Part shown: piece by piece, positions 1 to 9,047 of the stretch
Numbering within the stretch: the stretch's first letter is position 1
How the letters are laid out: each line of letters starts with the position of its first letter
Origin: Acidimicrobiales bacterium
GTDB lineage: Bacteria > Actinomycetota > Acidimicrobiia > Acidimicrobiales > JAMCQF01
Reading direction: 5' to 3'
DNA: 46,926 bases
Assembly (NCBI GenBank): GCA_027366675.1
Contig: DAHXND010000128.1
Location: forward strand, 1 to 46,926
The notes under the pieces: model-generated
What the model was told of the DNA's origin: nothing
The model's database searches: none
Seen by the model: only the letters and a program-made list of their open reading frames with translations
Program-made: the position numbers and the translations under genes

Positions 1-1341
1 GAATGGCTCCAGGTAGTCGAAGAGACAGTCTCCTACGTCCGGAGGACCCTGACGGGGCCAGGTGGCAGGGTCAACGGAGCGCAGGACGCCGACAGCGAAG
101 GCCGGGAGGGCCTCTACTACGTCTGGAGAAGCGACGAGATCATGGAAGTCCTCGGGGCTCAGCTCGGGCATGACGCCGCCGAGTGGTACGGAGTCACGAG
201 CGAGGGCAACTTCCCGGGGCTACGAGGAGCCACGATCTTGCACAGACCTGTTCGATCTGCGTTGCTGCGCCCACCTCAGATGGAGCACGCCAGGGAGTTG
301 CTGCTCGCCAGGCGATCCACCCGCAGCGCTCCCGGCAAGGACACCAACGTAATAACCGAGTGGAACGCCATGTGGGTGGCAAGCCTCGCAGAGGCGGCCT
401 GGGCCACGGGCCGGGATGACTGGAAAGAGGCAGCTCTCCTGGGCGGCGAGCTCGCAGCTGCTGCGGGGCGTGATGCCTCCGGCCGCTGGCAGAGGCTGCT
501 CATGGCAGATGCCCCCGGATCCCGCCCGCCTGGCGCCGCAGGCAAGGGCTCGGATGAGCATCTAGGGGGCGCCGATGCCGGAGCGGGGGACGAAGCCTGG
601 CTCGTCGAGGCCTTCACCCGCTGCTACGAGCTCTCGGGGGAGGGAAAGTGGCTTGGGCTCGCCGCGGAAGTGGCACACGACCTTGTCGCTCGCTTCGTCG
701 ATCCTGTAGATGGGCTCCTGTCGGGAGTCGCGGTAGCTGCGCCTCGGGCAGGTGACGATCCGGAGCCGTTGCCAGGTGGGAGCGCTATGGCTCCGGGGAA
801 GCACGCCGGCTACGGCACTCCGGCCGGCTACGGCACTCGGGCTGGCTACGGCACTCGGGAGATCTACGGCACTCGGGAGATCTACGGCACTCCGGCCGGC
901 TACGGCACTCCGGAGATCTGCAGGCCGAAGCAGCTGCTCGACGGTGCGCTCGCCTCACCGAACTCTGTTGCAGCAGTCGCGCTCCAGCGTCTCGGGGCTC
1001 TCCTCGCTGACGAAGAGCTGTCCACGAGCGGCGCTTCCCTACTGGACGGCGTATATACGTTGCTCGAGGAGCAGCCGTCATCCATGGCATATGGGATCAT
1101 CGGAGCCTGCCTGGCCGAGGGCGGCCTGCGGGAGATCGCCGTTACCGGGCATCGCCCCGACCTGCTTGCAGAGCTTCGTGGCCACTTCCTGCCGGATGCC
1201 GTTATAGCGTGGGGATCTGACGAGACCTGTCCGGTGTTGCGGGGACGCGAGCCGGATCTCGCATATGTCTGCGAGCAGCGCACCTGCAAGGCGCCTGCCC
1301 GTACACCGGAAGAGCTGGCCAGAGCGCTGGCTTATCCATAG
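1..1341 (+). CDS. Thioredoxin-domain/DUF255 (YyaL/SSP411-like) protein, C-terminal part; the 5' end lies outside the window
   Basis: Frame 1 is open from base 1 and joins the ORF-track entry 142..1341. The translation ...DADSEGREGLYYVWRSDEIMEVLG...YGVTSEGNFPG...ILH matches the family hallmark DADSEG-EG-(F/Y)YVW. The C-terminal half is alpha-helical and epimerase-like. Confidence 0.8.
   Translation, partial: EWLQVVEETVSYVRRTLTGPGGRVNGAQDADSEGREGLYYVWRSDEIMEVLGAQLGHDAAEWYGVTSEGNFPGLRGATILHRPVRSALLRPPQMEHARELLLARRSTRSAPGKDTNVITEWNAMWVASLAEAAWATGRDDWKEAALLGGELAAAAGRDASGRWQRLLMADAPGSRPPGAAGKGSDEHLGGADAGAGDEAWLVEAFTRCYELSGEGKWLGLAAEVAHDLVARFVDPVDGLLSGVAVAAPRAGDDPEPLPGGSAMAPGKHAGYGTPAGYGTRAGYGTREIYGTREIYGTPAGYGTPEICRPKQLLDGALASPNSVAAVALQRLGALLADEELSTSGASLLDGVYTLLEEQPSSMAYGIIGACLAEGGLREIAVTGHRPDLLAELRGHFLPDAVIAWGSDETCPVLRGREPDLAYVCEQRTCKAPARTPEELARALAYP
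805..918 (+). repeat. In-frame 18-bp tandem repeat, about 6 copies, encoding (A/E)(G/I)YGT(P/R) hexapeptides inside the YyaL-like CDS
   Basis: Direct reading shows gccggctacggcactccg and variants repeated head to tail. The protein reads AGYGTPAGYGTRAGYGTREIYGTREIYGTPAGYGTPEI. Confidence 0.9.
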
Positions 1342-1720
1342 AGTGCAGTGAGCCCGTTGCGCGAGCTCTGCTGACGTTGTTTGTAGGTGCCGCGTCTCCT
1401 CTTCGTGAACATCTTGCAATCCATCTTGCCAAGACGCTGGCGTCTTTCTTCAACGCACCCCGCCGGGCGTAGCGAGGAGGCACCGAGGACGAACCACGCC
1501 AGGTGGGCTTCGGGCAGCCAGCGGTGGCGGGAGCAAGTAAACCTGATCGCGCTCTGGGGCAAGGAGGCTGTAGACCAAGACCCAGTTCTCCCATCACTCC
1601 TGGTCAGGTGGTGGATTCCACGCGCGCGACCAGGGCGTTCCCAGATTGCTCCTGGGTTCGTGCAACAGGCTCGTCCGTAAAGGTATATACTCCTCATGGG
1701 CAGATATGGAGGGGGTCGAC

Positions 1721-2890
1721 ATGACCGGTCGACGAAAGAAGACAGTCAGACTCCAAGCACACTTGGTCGTTCAGGGGTGGCGGCTTCACCGCCTCCGACT
1801 GTTGGCCGTCGCCTTATCGGGACTCTTCGTGGTTTCCATATCCTTCGCTACCGGGCCAGCCGGAGCAGCATCCCCATCGGCCAGGGAGGCTCCTAGCGCA
1901 ACGAGTGCTGCGACTACCTGCACTCCAACTTCTCTGCCGTTGGAAAGTACGTCCCCGTTGTCCGGTGGTGGTACCCAGTACAACTACGACATCGACGGAA
2001 TGACCCTAAGCTTTCACGTCGCACCAAGAGGGTTTCAACCCATGACGGCTTCCTCTGCCCAGCTCGCGGAATACGGCTTTCCTCCGCGTCCCTCTTCCGC
2101 TGCAAACCTAGCGAGATGGCAGACTGCAATGAGCTACGTCACTACTTCCGATACACCGAATCCCTCGTTAGGCATTGGCTGTCCGCATAACACCACCGAA
2201 GTACGGGACGCTTGGTCGGGGTGGAACGGCTTGAGCTCCAGCGACACAAATTGGGTCGCGGTGCAGGGAGGCTTTACACAACCCGCGGCCCGGGGATGCT
2301 CCGGCGGCCATATGAGCTCATGGGTCGGTCTGGGCGGTGGCGTTGGTGCCACTGGCGGCGCGGGGGCATTGATCCAAGAGGGAACCGGCATGAATATCGG
2401 CGGCGGAAGCCTCGCGCCGTTCTATGAGGTGCTCAATAAAGTCGCCGTCCAGAAGGGTTATACTTGGGCGGAACCGGTTTTTCCTGGCAACCCCTCCATA
2501 TCGCCCGGGAACGGCGTATATCTCAACATGTCTTATGAACAGAGCAACGACACTGCGTACTTCTATATTGAAAACACGAGTACCGGGCATTACTTGAGCA
2601 CTAGTTGGGACGTAGCGCTAGGAATACTTCAGACTGGTAAAGCGCTCTACGACGGAAGTACCGCCGATTGGATTGATGAGTGGTCAGGCGAAACCGGCAG
2701 CATGATTGACTACTATCAGAATAATTGGACGGGAGCCTACGCAGAGCTCGATTCTAATGGAACTTGGCAACAACTTGGATCGACTAATCCTGAGAACAAC
2801 TATATATACACGACACACTACGTGAGCACAACGAGCTCCTACTCAGTTCCGGCTACTTCCTTCACCGATATTTGGTGGAACTGCAACTAA
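1721..2890 (+). CDS. Secreted glutamic peptidase, family G1 (eqolisin / Peptidase_A4-like)
   Basis: The ORF is 1646..2890. The ATG at 1721 is preceded by GGAGGGGG. The N-terminus has RRKK followed by a hydrophobic signal/TM stretch (LLAVALSGLFVVSISFATGPAGA). The motifs SSWVGLGG...ALIQEGTG and TADWIDEW parallel the G1 motifs WVGIDG...ILQTG (catalytic Gln) and AEWIVE (catalytic Glu). G+C is lower than in the flanks. Confidence 0.65.
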   Translation: MTGRRKKTVRLQAHLVVQGWRLHRLRLLAVALSGLFVVSISFATGPAGAASPSAREAPSATSAATTCTPTSLPLESTSPLSGGGTQYNYDIDGMTLSFHVAPRGFQPMTASSAQLAEYGFPPRPSSAANLARWQTAMSYVTTSDTPNPSLGIGCPHNTTEVRDAWSGWNGLSSSDTNWVAVQGGFTQPAARGCSGGHMSSWVGLGGGVGATGGAGALIQEGTGMNIGGGSLAPFYEVLNKVAVQKGYTWAEPVFPGNPSISPGNGVYLNMSYEQSNDTAYFYIENTSTGHYLSTSWDVALGILQTGKALYDGSTADWIDEWSGETGSMIDYYQNNWTGAYAELDSNGTWQQLGSTNPENNYIYTTHYVSTTSSYSVPATSFTDIWWNCN

Positions 2891-2931
2891 CGGTGATCAT
2901 CCATGGAGGGTTCGAGCTCGTACTCTTCGAT

Positions 2932-2949
2932 AGCAGCGGTAACGCTGCT
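2932..2949 (+). terminator. Candidate stem-loop AGCAGCG-GTAA-CGCTGCT downstream of the peptidase gene
   Basis: There is a perfect 7-bp stem with a GNRA-like loop about 40 nt after the stop at 2890. No U-tract follows, so terminator function is uncertain. Confidence 0.3.
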
Positions 2950-3162
2950 TAGCCCTCGGATTCCGGATGCGTGCGGTGCCCGGTGCTGCGGCTGATGTCG
3001 TTGACCCGGTTCTTCTCCCATTTGCTATCTGGGCGATGGCGCCCTCAGTCCCGATTGCAGGCTCCGCCGTGGGGCGCGCGTTGAAATCCCCCCACGCGCG
3101 ATACCGGGACGGACATTTTGATCAGATCAGTGTCATAAGAACCGGTCCTGCGGCACCTTTAA

Positions 3163-3711
3163 TTGATTGTGGTCGTGACGTCTCATAGCAGAGGAGAACG
3201 GGGGGAGCGCCCATACTCGACCACGGCAGGATGGTCGAGCACGTCTGAGCCCACGAGTGAGTCGTTTGAATATTTCTATCGTGCTTCTGAACCGAAGCTC
3301 CGGAGAGCCCTGATATCAAGATACGGATTCGAAATCGGCACTGACGCAGCGACGGACGCACTCTCCTATGCGTGGATTCATCAAGAAAAGGTGCTGCCGA
3401 TGGACAACCCCGTCGGCTATCTGTACAGAGTGGGGCAATCGTATGCGCGTCGGGCTTCTCGGCGAAGAGCAGACCTGTTTGCCCTGACTGTCGAGCCGGA
3501 ACACTGGTTTGAGCCCGGCCTTCCCAAAGCCTTGCAATCGCTCACCCCGAGGCAACGACAAGCGGTCATTTTGATTCGTGGCCTGGGATGGACGTTCAGA
3601 GAAGTCTCCGAAATCGCGGGAGTCTCGATACCGACTATTCAAAAGCAGCTGGAACGCGGAATGCGAAAGCTCAGGAAACGGATGGGTGTAGATGACACTT
3701 ACGAACGATAA
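3163..3711 (+). CDS. ECF-type sigma-70 family RNA polymerase sigma factor
   Basis: Region 2-like segment: FEYFYRASEPKLRRALISRYGFEIGTDAATDALSYAW...NPVGYLYRVGQSYARR. Region 4 HTH: LTPRQRQAVILIRGLGWTFREVSEIAGVSIPTIQKQLERGMRKLRKRM. The start is TTG 3163, or GTG 3169 or 3175. Confidence 0.85.
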   Translation: MIVVVTSHSRGERGERPYSTTAGWSSTSEPTSESFEYFYRASEPKLRRALISRYGFEIGTDAATDALSYAWIHQEKVLPMDNPVGYLYRVGQSYARRASRRRADLFALTVEPEHWFEPGLPKALQSLTPRQRQAVILIRGLGWTFREVSEIAGVSIPTIQKQLERGMRKLRKRMGVDDTYER

Positions 3712-4972
3712 GTTACGGGCTCAAATCAGCTCTTTGATCTCTGAGGGCGAACGACCCATTTCTCTTGAGGAGACGGTGTCTCGGCAATCCAACTTTGTCC
3801 CACGCCGTCGGCTATCGCTATCGGGCAAGGTCCTTCTATGTCTCGCCGTACTGGTTGCGGCGGGCACTTCGGCAGCGCTGCTGACGGTTTCGATCAAGAG
3901 GCCGAGCTCCCCTCAATCACTGGGTAAAGGGAGGCCGCCAGTTGGCCACAGCCACACTCCGGGCACCATATACCACGTGCCCTGGGTCGGGCTCGGCCAT
4001 CACCCATACGCACCGGAGGTCGTTGGGGGCAATCTGGTGCAACCCGCTGCCCTCCTCGAGCCATGCTCCCCCGCTGTTGTCAGTGGCGCCGCGACACTAA
4101 CAACAGCGGATTTCGGTGCCGTGAGCTTCTACGCCTTGGCTAATTCAGCTTTTTGCTCGATGACCTGGAGCTCACCGATAGCCGTATCACTTATCCAGGC
4201 ATCGGGTAAAGCTGCGCCTGTCGTATCTTCTGCGCCTAATCCGGACCTTATAAACGCGCCGGGTCCTGCCCCTAACGAGGAATCGTATGTGGGGTCAACG
4301 CTGCCCACCCTGGCACAGGAAGAGCGGGATCATAATGCGACACAGCTTGGCTTCAAGTGGAGTGGACAGTACTGCGGGCCACCAATCGCGGCAGTGAGGG
4401 TTACGTACAGGATCTGGCATAACGGGGAATTACGGAATTATACGTATCAGGCGTCAATGGCTGGGGGAGTACCGGCGTGCAGCCACCCAGGCGGGCCCAA
4501 TGGGAGTGTGGCCTTTGGCTATATGAGTACTCAGCCGTCTGCACCGGCCTATCCGATACCCAGTAATTGGTCTTTACTTCAGGCGGCTTTGATTTTGCCA
4601 GCCACGAGTAGCCCCTCTGGATTCTCATATCAAGTATCGTTAACCAATCCTACTTCGCTTCCAATATCGCTTTCGCCATGTCCAGGTTATGTTGTTACCG
4701 TCAGGGACCTGTTCGAGGTTCCCGGCGGTGAAGCCAATGGGGCACCCATTACAACTGCTCGGCGCAATATGAATAACATTGGCAGTCTGAATTGCTCGTC
4801 TGGCCCGACAGTCATCAATCCCGGAGCGAGTGTCGTCTTCAGTTTGCAATTTTCGGCGACTGCGGCCACGATAAATGCGGGCACCACAATGGCGAGCTCG
4901 AGTTCCACAAAGGTGACATGGGCGATGCCCGGAATACAAACACTTAGCAAGTCATTGGCTATCATGTCGTAA
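3692..4972 (+). CDS. Single-pass membrane protein; putative cognate anti-sigma factor with a large uncharacterised extracytoplasmic domain
   Basis: It overlaps the sigma gene by 20 nt. A short cytoplasmic N-terminus is followed by one TM helix (VLLCLAVLVAAGTSAALLTVSI) and about 350 aa of Cys/Ser/Pro-rich domain with no motif I recognise. There is no HxxxCxxC zinc anti-sigma motif. Confidence 0.5.
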   Translation: MTLTNDKLRAQISSLISEGERPISLEETVSRQSNFVPRRRLSLSGKVLLCLAVLVAAGTSAALLTVSIKRPSSPQSLGKGRPPVGHSHTPGTIYHVPWVGLGHHPYAPEVVGGNLVQPAALLEPCSPAVVSGAATLTTADFGAVSFYALANSAFCSMTWSSPIAVSLIQASGKAAPVVSSAPNPDLINAPGPAPNEESYVGSTLPTLAQEERDHNATQLGFKWSGQYCGPPIAAVRVTYRIWHNGELRNYTYQASMAGGVPACSHPGGPNGSVAFGYMSTQPSAPAYPIPSNWSLLQAALILPATSSPSGFSYQVSLTNPTSLPISLSPCPGYVVTVRDLFEVPGGEANGAPITTARRNMNNIGSLNCSSGPTVINPGASVVFSLQFSATAATINAGTTMASSSSTKVTWAMPGIQTLSKSLAIMS

Positions 4973-5017
4973 GCAGTTTGTCGTCCGTGGGTGCCCAGAC
5001 CCGGACTCGGAACTATC

Positions 5018-5914
5018 ATGAAGCTCATGATCGACTTCAGTGGTAGCGACGACTTCGTGGTGCAGGGTGACTGCGCGGACGTGCTGCCCAAGCTTCCGGA
5101 TGAGTCGTTTCAGCTCATCTACATCGACCCGCCGTTCAACACGGGAAAGGTCCAAGAGCGGCGAACGCTGCGAACTGAATGCTCGCCAGAGGGCGACCGG
5201 GTGGGTTTCGGGGGGAGGAACTACCGGACTGCAGAAGTCGGGAGGGTCGGATATGCCGACATCTTCGATGACTACCTTTCCTTCATCGCCCCGAAACTCG
5301 AAGAAGCTCGTCGGTTGCTCCGCTCTGATGGGACCCTCTACTTCCACATCGACTTTCGTGAGGCTCACTACTGCAAGGTTCTTCTCGATCATATTTTCGG
5401 TCGGAAATGCTTCCTGAACGAAGTGATCTGGGCCTATGACTACGGAGGTCGCCGCAAGGATCGCTGGCCTGCGAAGCACGACACGATCCTTGTGTACGTG
5501 AAGGAACCCGGTAAGCACTTCTTCAACCAGGATCAGATTGCGCGGATCCCGTACATGGCTCCCGGCCTCGTGAGTGAGGAGAAGCGTGAGAAAGGGAAGC
5601 TCCCGACAGACGTGTGGTGGCACACGATCGTGCCGACGAACGGCAAGGAGAAGACCGGGTACCCAAACCAGAAGCCGGAGGGTGTGCTGCGAAGAATCGT
5701 TGAGGGCTCGTCGAGGCGGGGCGAGTGGGTCCTAGACTTCTTCGCTGGGTCTGGGACGACTGCGTCGGTCGCCCGCGAGCTCGGCCGCCGTTTCGTGATG
5801 GTTGACTCGAACGAAGAGGCCATGACGGTGATGCGCAAACGACTCGGCTCAATACGAATCGCTTACGTAGACCACGCAGGAGACCCGCTTCTCATCCAAG
5901 TTCCAGCCGATTGA
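5018..5914 (+). CDS. Site-specific DNA amino-methyltransferase, beta-class motif order; probable N6-adenine specificity
   Basis: IYIDPPFNTG (motif IV, DPPF) lies N-terminal to DFFAGSGTTASVA (motif I, FxGxG). The ORF track gives 4991..5914. The ATG at 5018 (MKLMIDF) is the more likely start. No adjacent endonuclease-like gene is present. Confidence 0.8.
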   Translation: MKLMIDFSGSDDFVVQGDCADVLPKLPDESFQLIYIDPPFNTGKVQERRTLRTECSPEGDRVGFGGRNYRTAEVGRVGYADIFDDYLSFIAPKLEEARRLLRSDGTLYFHIDFREAHYCKVLLDHIFGRKCFLNEVIWAYDYGGRRKDRWPAKHDTILVYVKEPGKHFFNQDQIARIPYMAPGLVSEEKREKGKLPTDVWWHTIVPTNGKEKTGYPNQKPEGVLRRIVEGSSRRGEWVLDFFAGSGTTASVARELGRRFVMVDSNEEAMTVMRKRLGSIRIAYVDHAGDPLLIQVPAD

Positions 5915-5993
5915 ACCACCCTGGGTTCGATGGAGGCTGTGGCTATTGGATTCCAACCAATGACTGGTCGGCCTGCTGGTCAGCGTAGAACGC

Positions 5994-6776
5994 TTGGCGG
6001 TCCGAGGAGCTCCGCCCTTCAGATCCGAGAGAAGTCACAGCCAAGATCCACCCTCGATGTCCCAGCCACCATCTAATGTTCTTGGCGTGACGACTGCTGC
6101 TCTTGACGTGACGAGCGGGATGCCTGCGCTACAGCAAACGCTGCCCGACATCGGCAGCGGGAGCACAGGGCTGCCTGCCGAACAGGCGGGCCCTACTGGA
6201 TCTGCGGGCCCTACTGGATCTGCGGGGCCTGTGAAACCGACAGGTCCGCCAGCACGGAGTCCATATGGAGCGCCCGAGGTGGAGGTGCGAGAGAGCACCA
6301 GGCGCCGGCGGAGCGCGAGCGGTAGCTGGTCGGGTAATCGCATCGTGGTGGTGGTTCCGGCCCGCCTTCCAGAGCGCGAGCGGGCGGACATGGTATCCCT
6401 CCTCGTGAGCCGGCTCCTCCAGACCCGTCCACTAGTAAGCTCCACCGACACGGACCTGGCAGAGCGAGCCAGAGCCCTGGCGCGGAAATACCTGGATGGC
6501 GTCGCGTTCGATCAGGTTCGCTGGGTATCTAACCAGAGGAGCCGCTGGGGATCATGCACCCCGTCCCGGCGGGAGATACGGATCTCGGATCGCCTGCGCC
6601 CCGTGCCGTCCTGGGTGCTCGACGCTGTCCTCGTCCATGAGCTCACCCATCTCCTGGTCGCCAATCACTCGCCGGAGTTCCGGAAGCTGTCTGGGCGCTA
6701 CCCGCGGATGAGCGATGCCGACATATACCTGTCGGGCTTCGGGCTCGGCCTGGAGCAGGCACGCCCGCGCATGTAG
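5994..6776 (+). CDS. DUF45/YgjP-like zinc metallopeptidase (M48 superfamily)
   Basis: The C-terminal half reads SRWGSCTPSRREIRISDRLRPVPSWVLDAVLVHELTHLLVANHSPEFRKL, giving HExxH in the typical DUF45 context. The N-terminal ~90 aa are low-complexity, so the true start may lie downstream. Confidence 0.75.
   Translation: MAVRGAPPFRSERSHSQDPPSMSQPPSNVLGVTTAALDVTSGMPALQQTLPDIGSGSTGLPAEQAGPTGSAGPTGSAGPVKPTGPPARSPYGAPEVEVRESTRRRRSASGSWSGNRIVVVVPARLPERERADMVSLLVSRLLQTRPLVSSTDTDLAERARALARKYLDGVAFDQVRWVSNQRSRWGSCTPSRREIRISDRLRPVPSWVLDAVLVHELTHLLVANHSPEFRKLSGRYPRMSDADIYLSGFGLGLEQARPRM
6186..6230 (+). repeat. In-frame 18-bp tandem repeat, 2.5 copies, encoding GPTGSA in the DUF45 N-terminal region
   Basis: gcgggccctactggatct occurs twice, followed by a partial copy. 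The protein reads AGPTGSAGPTGSAGP. Confidence 0.85.
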
Positions 6777-6873
6777 CGGCTACTGGGACGCGCCAGCCTT
6801 ATCGAATCGGCGCTTAGATTGTCGAGCAATGCCCTCCTCATCTGCCCCAGGCCTCTCCCCTTCCCATAACGGG

Positions 6874-7764
6874 ATGGAGGGATCTGCCGTGGCAAGCGAG
6901 CGCCCGGCGGCGAGATCGGGGCGCGCACCCGCAGTCCCAGAGAGAGGCTCTCCATGGAAGGCACTGACCCTACTGGTCCTGACGTCTCGTAAAGATGAGA
7001 CGGTTGGCGTGGACCTGGAAAGCGGATCGTTCATCCGAGCCTGGGATAGACGTAGCCAGTGGAACGAGGGGAACGAACGGGATACGAGCGGACCCGCCCG
7101 ACTGGATGATGCGGCGATAGAGCCAGATTCCCGCTTGCCAGATGGGAAGGACACCCCGCGCGATTCCCTGCCCCATCGCAGCGTCGCCGGCCCGTTCCTA
7201 CCGTTCAGCTTCATCCGGGTAACCCCCGCCGGCGACCCCACGACCATGGGGCCACACGGGGCGCAGGACCCCGCCCTACCGGAGGTCGTGGAGATGGCGG
7301 AGCCGCCAACACTGCTACCTATCAGAGCCAAGCGCCGCCAGGTTCGCCGCTTGCTCGAACCGCTAATCACCGCCCGGCACCATCCACTCCTTGGCTTCGC
7401 AGGATCGACTGCTCGTTACTGGACCCTGCAGGGCAGCCACCCTTCTGTCGCCCTGGTAGCTCTTCGTAGCGTGCCCAGCATCTACTGGCACCCGAGAACC
7501 GGGCAACCGACCATTCGCTTCGCATGGCAGGACGCCCAGGACTTCCTCCCGTTCGGGGACCCACGTGGAGCGAGCCTCCTGGAGGCGAGCCCTACGCCAC
7601 GCCTCACCGGAGAAGCTCTGGTGCGCCTGCTCGGCTACGCTCCCATCTACGCTCTGGTCACCCTGAGCCCGCCGCGAGACGGCATCTGCGTGAAAGAGGT
7701 GGCAGCACTCCTACCCGAGCCGCGTCGGCGCCACTTCCCGAAGGCACGGACGCCGCCCCGGTGA
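6874..7764 (+). CDS. Hypothetical protein with no recognisable domain
   Basis: ORF track 6715..7764; the first ATG clear of the upstream gene is 6874. The plus frame has balanced amino-acid composition. The antisense ORF 6780..7370 is Ser/Arg-rich, which is typical of shadow ORFs. Confidence 0.45.
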   Translation: MEGSAVASERPAARSGRAPAVPERGSPWKALTLLVLTSRKDETVGVDLESGSFIRAWDRRSQWNEGNERDTSGPARLDDAAIEPDSRLPDGKDTPRDSLPHRSVAGPFLPFSFIRVTPAGDPTTMGPHGAQDPALPEVVEMAEPPTLLPIRAKRRQVRRLLEPLITARHHPLLGFAGSTARYWTLQGSHPSVALVALRSVPSIYWHPRTGQPTIRFAWQDAQDFLPFGDPRGASLLEASPTPRLTGEALVRLLGYAPIYALVTLSPPRDGICVKEVAALLPEPRRRHFPKARTPPR

Positions 7765-7826
7765 ACCCGACCATTTACCAGAACCGCGCCGGAAAGCCCG
7801 CCCTTCAGGGCCGAGAGAAGTCACTT

Positions 7827-9047
7827 TCAGGAAGCGATACGCTCTGCGAACCTTTCGAAATGAACCGATCCGAGCAGACCGGCCACCTGTGCATATCCAG
7901 CTTCGACGACAGCACCGAGACCGCTCTGGCGCATCGGATTGACCCCGGACGCCTCGACGGCTGGTGCATCCGGGCGAATGAGCAGAACCGTGGCTCCATC
8001 GCGACGTAGCATCGCCGCCTCCCTGGCCACTGCCCGCCCGGCCCACGCTCGCAATACCTGCTGGTAGCCAGCCGGGGGCGACGCTGGGTCGTAAGCCATT
8101 GGTGCAACACAGATCACAGCCCCATGCCCACGTCCGAGATCGAGGTTCGTGGTCGAGCGGATCCCACCGTCTACCAGTACCATCTTCCCTGCCGGCACAG
8201 GAGGGAAGATGCCGGGCACCGCGCAAGAGGCCCGCACGGCGGCTGGAAGCGCCAGATGCGGAGCCCCCCCGCCAGAGAGCACCACGCGCTCGCTCCTGGA
8301 AAGGTCAAAAGCAACGAGCTCCAGCGCTGGCTCCGGCCAGGCCTCGGGGAGGTCGTGCTCCAGACGAGCCCTCGCCGCTTCGATCGACACCATCCCGCCG
8401 GGGAATGCTCGTGCGATCCGTGCGGGAAGCGGTGGCGTGGGTATCCTTACAGCGCTACGCCCGAGCACGTAGGCGGACCCGATTGCCCTGCGCGCGAACG
8501 TCAGCGGGGAACGGCTCACGGCCGCTCCGAGGGCCGGAACGTAGCCGGGAGCGTGAGACTTGGAACCATCCGACGCATTGTCTGCGTAGCCTGCGCTCTC
8601 GGCGGCAGCCGAGGATCCACCGGCATTCTTCCCGGCACCTCCGGCCAGGTACACGCCATGAGGCTCTGACACTGGCACGAGAGGAAGGCCCTCCAGATCG
8701 GTGACAACGCTCGCCAGCTCCCTGGCCGTCCAGCCACAACGCAAGTAGGCACCTACGATGGCACCTGCGCTCGTCCCGATGACGGCAGCGGCGCCGGAAA
8801 GGTCGATCCCGCCAAGTGCGTCTAGTGCAAGAAGAGCTCCCGCTTCGTAGGCCAGGCCAACCAGGCCGCCCCCACCGAGCACCAGGGCAAAACTCGTCCC
8901 TGACCCGCCGCCTTCAATGCTGGGCTCCGCTCGCCTTCCACGGCGGGAGATCCGGTCGCCACGGCTGGCCGCCAGTCTGCCCGTGTCCGGGCCACCCGAG
9001 ACGGCAAGCGACGCCTCCTCCGCCCCTCCCGGCGTTACCACACTCAA
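7827..9047 (-). CDS. Patatin-like phospholipase family protein
   Basis: Oxyanion Gly-rich motif LVLGGGGLVGLAYEAG, nucleophile elbow IGTSAGA (GxSxG), and the catalytic Asp motif VDGGIRSTTN. The longest ORF starts at a TTG; the true start may be further downstream. Confidence 0.85.
   Translation of the reverse strand: MSVVTPGGAEEASLAVSGGPDTGRLAASRGDRISRRGRRAEPSIEGGGSGTSFALVLGGGGLVGLAYEAGALLALDALGGIDLSGAAAVIGTSAGAIVGAYLRCGWTARELASVVTDLEGLPLVPVSEPHGVYLAGGAGKNAGGSSAAAESAGYADNASDGSKSHAPGYVPALGAAVSRSPLTFARRAIGSAYVLGRSAVRIPTPPLPARIARAFPGGMVSIEAARARLEHDLPEAWPEPALELVAFDLSRSERVVLSGGGAPHLALPAAVRASCAVPGIFPPVPAGKMVLVDGGIRSTTNLDLGRGHGAVICVAPMAYDPASPPAGYQQVLRAWAGRAVAREAAMLRRDGATVLLIRPDAPAVEASGVNPMRQSGLGAVVEAGYAQVAGLLGSVHFERFAERIAS

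Noticed and set aside
1387-1724. Small ORFs on both strands in the 380-bp gap between the YyaL-like gene and the peptidase, considered as genes or as a decayed transposase or integrase marking an island border.
   Set aside because: There are no family motifs, the composition is Arg/Trp/Ser-rich, and the ORFs overlap one another. I could find no inverted or direct flanking repeats or tRNA that would define an insertion site. I left the region as unexplained non-coding sequence.
4952-5623. A 223-aa minus-strand ORF overlapping the DNA methyltransferase, considered as a possible cognate restriction endonuclease.
   Set aside because: It lies entirely antisense to the well-supported methyltransferase CDS and has no nuclease motif (for example PD-(D/E)xK or HNH). 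It is the kind of long shadow ORF expected in G+C-rich DNA.
5915-5993. A tRNA-like T-arm string (GGGTTCGATGG) in the methyltransferase/DUF45 gap.
   Set aside because: No acceptor stem, anticodon arm or complementary T-stem can be drawn around it. It is an isolated chance match.
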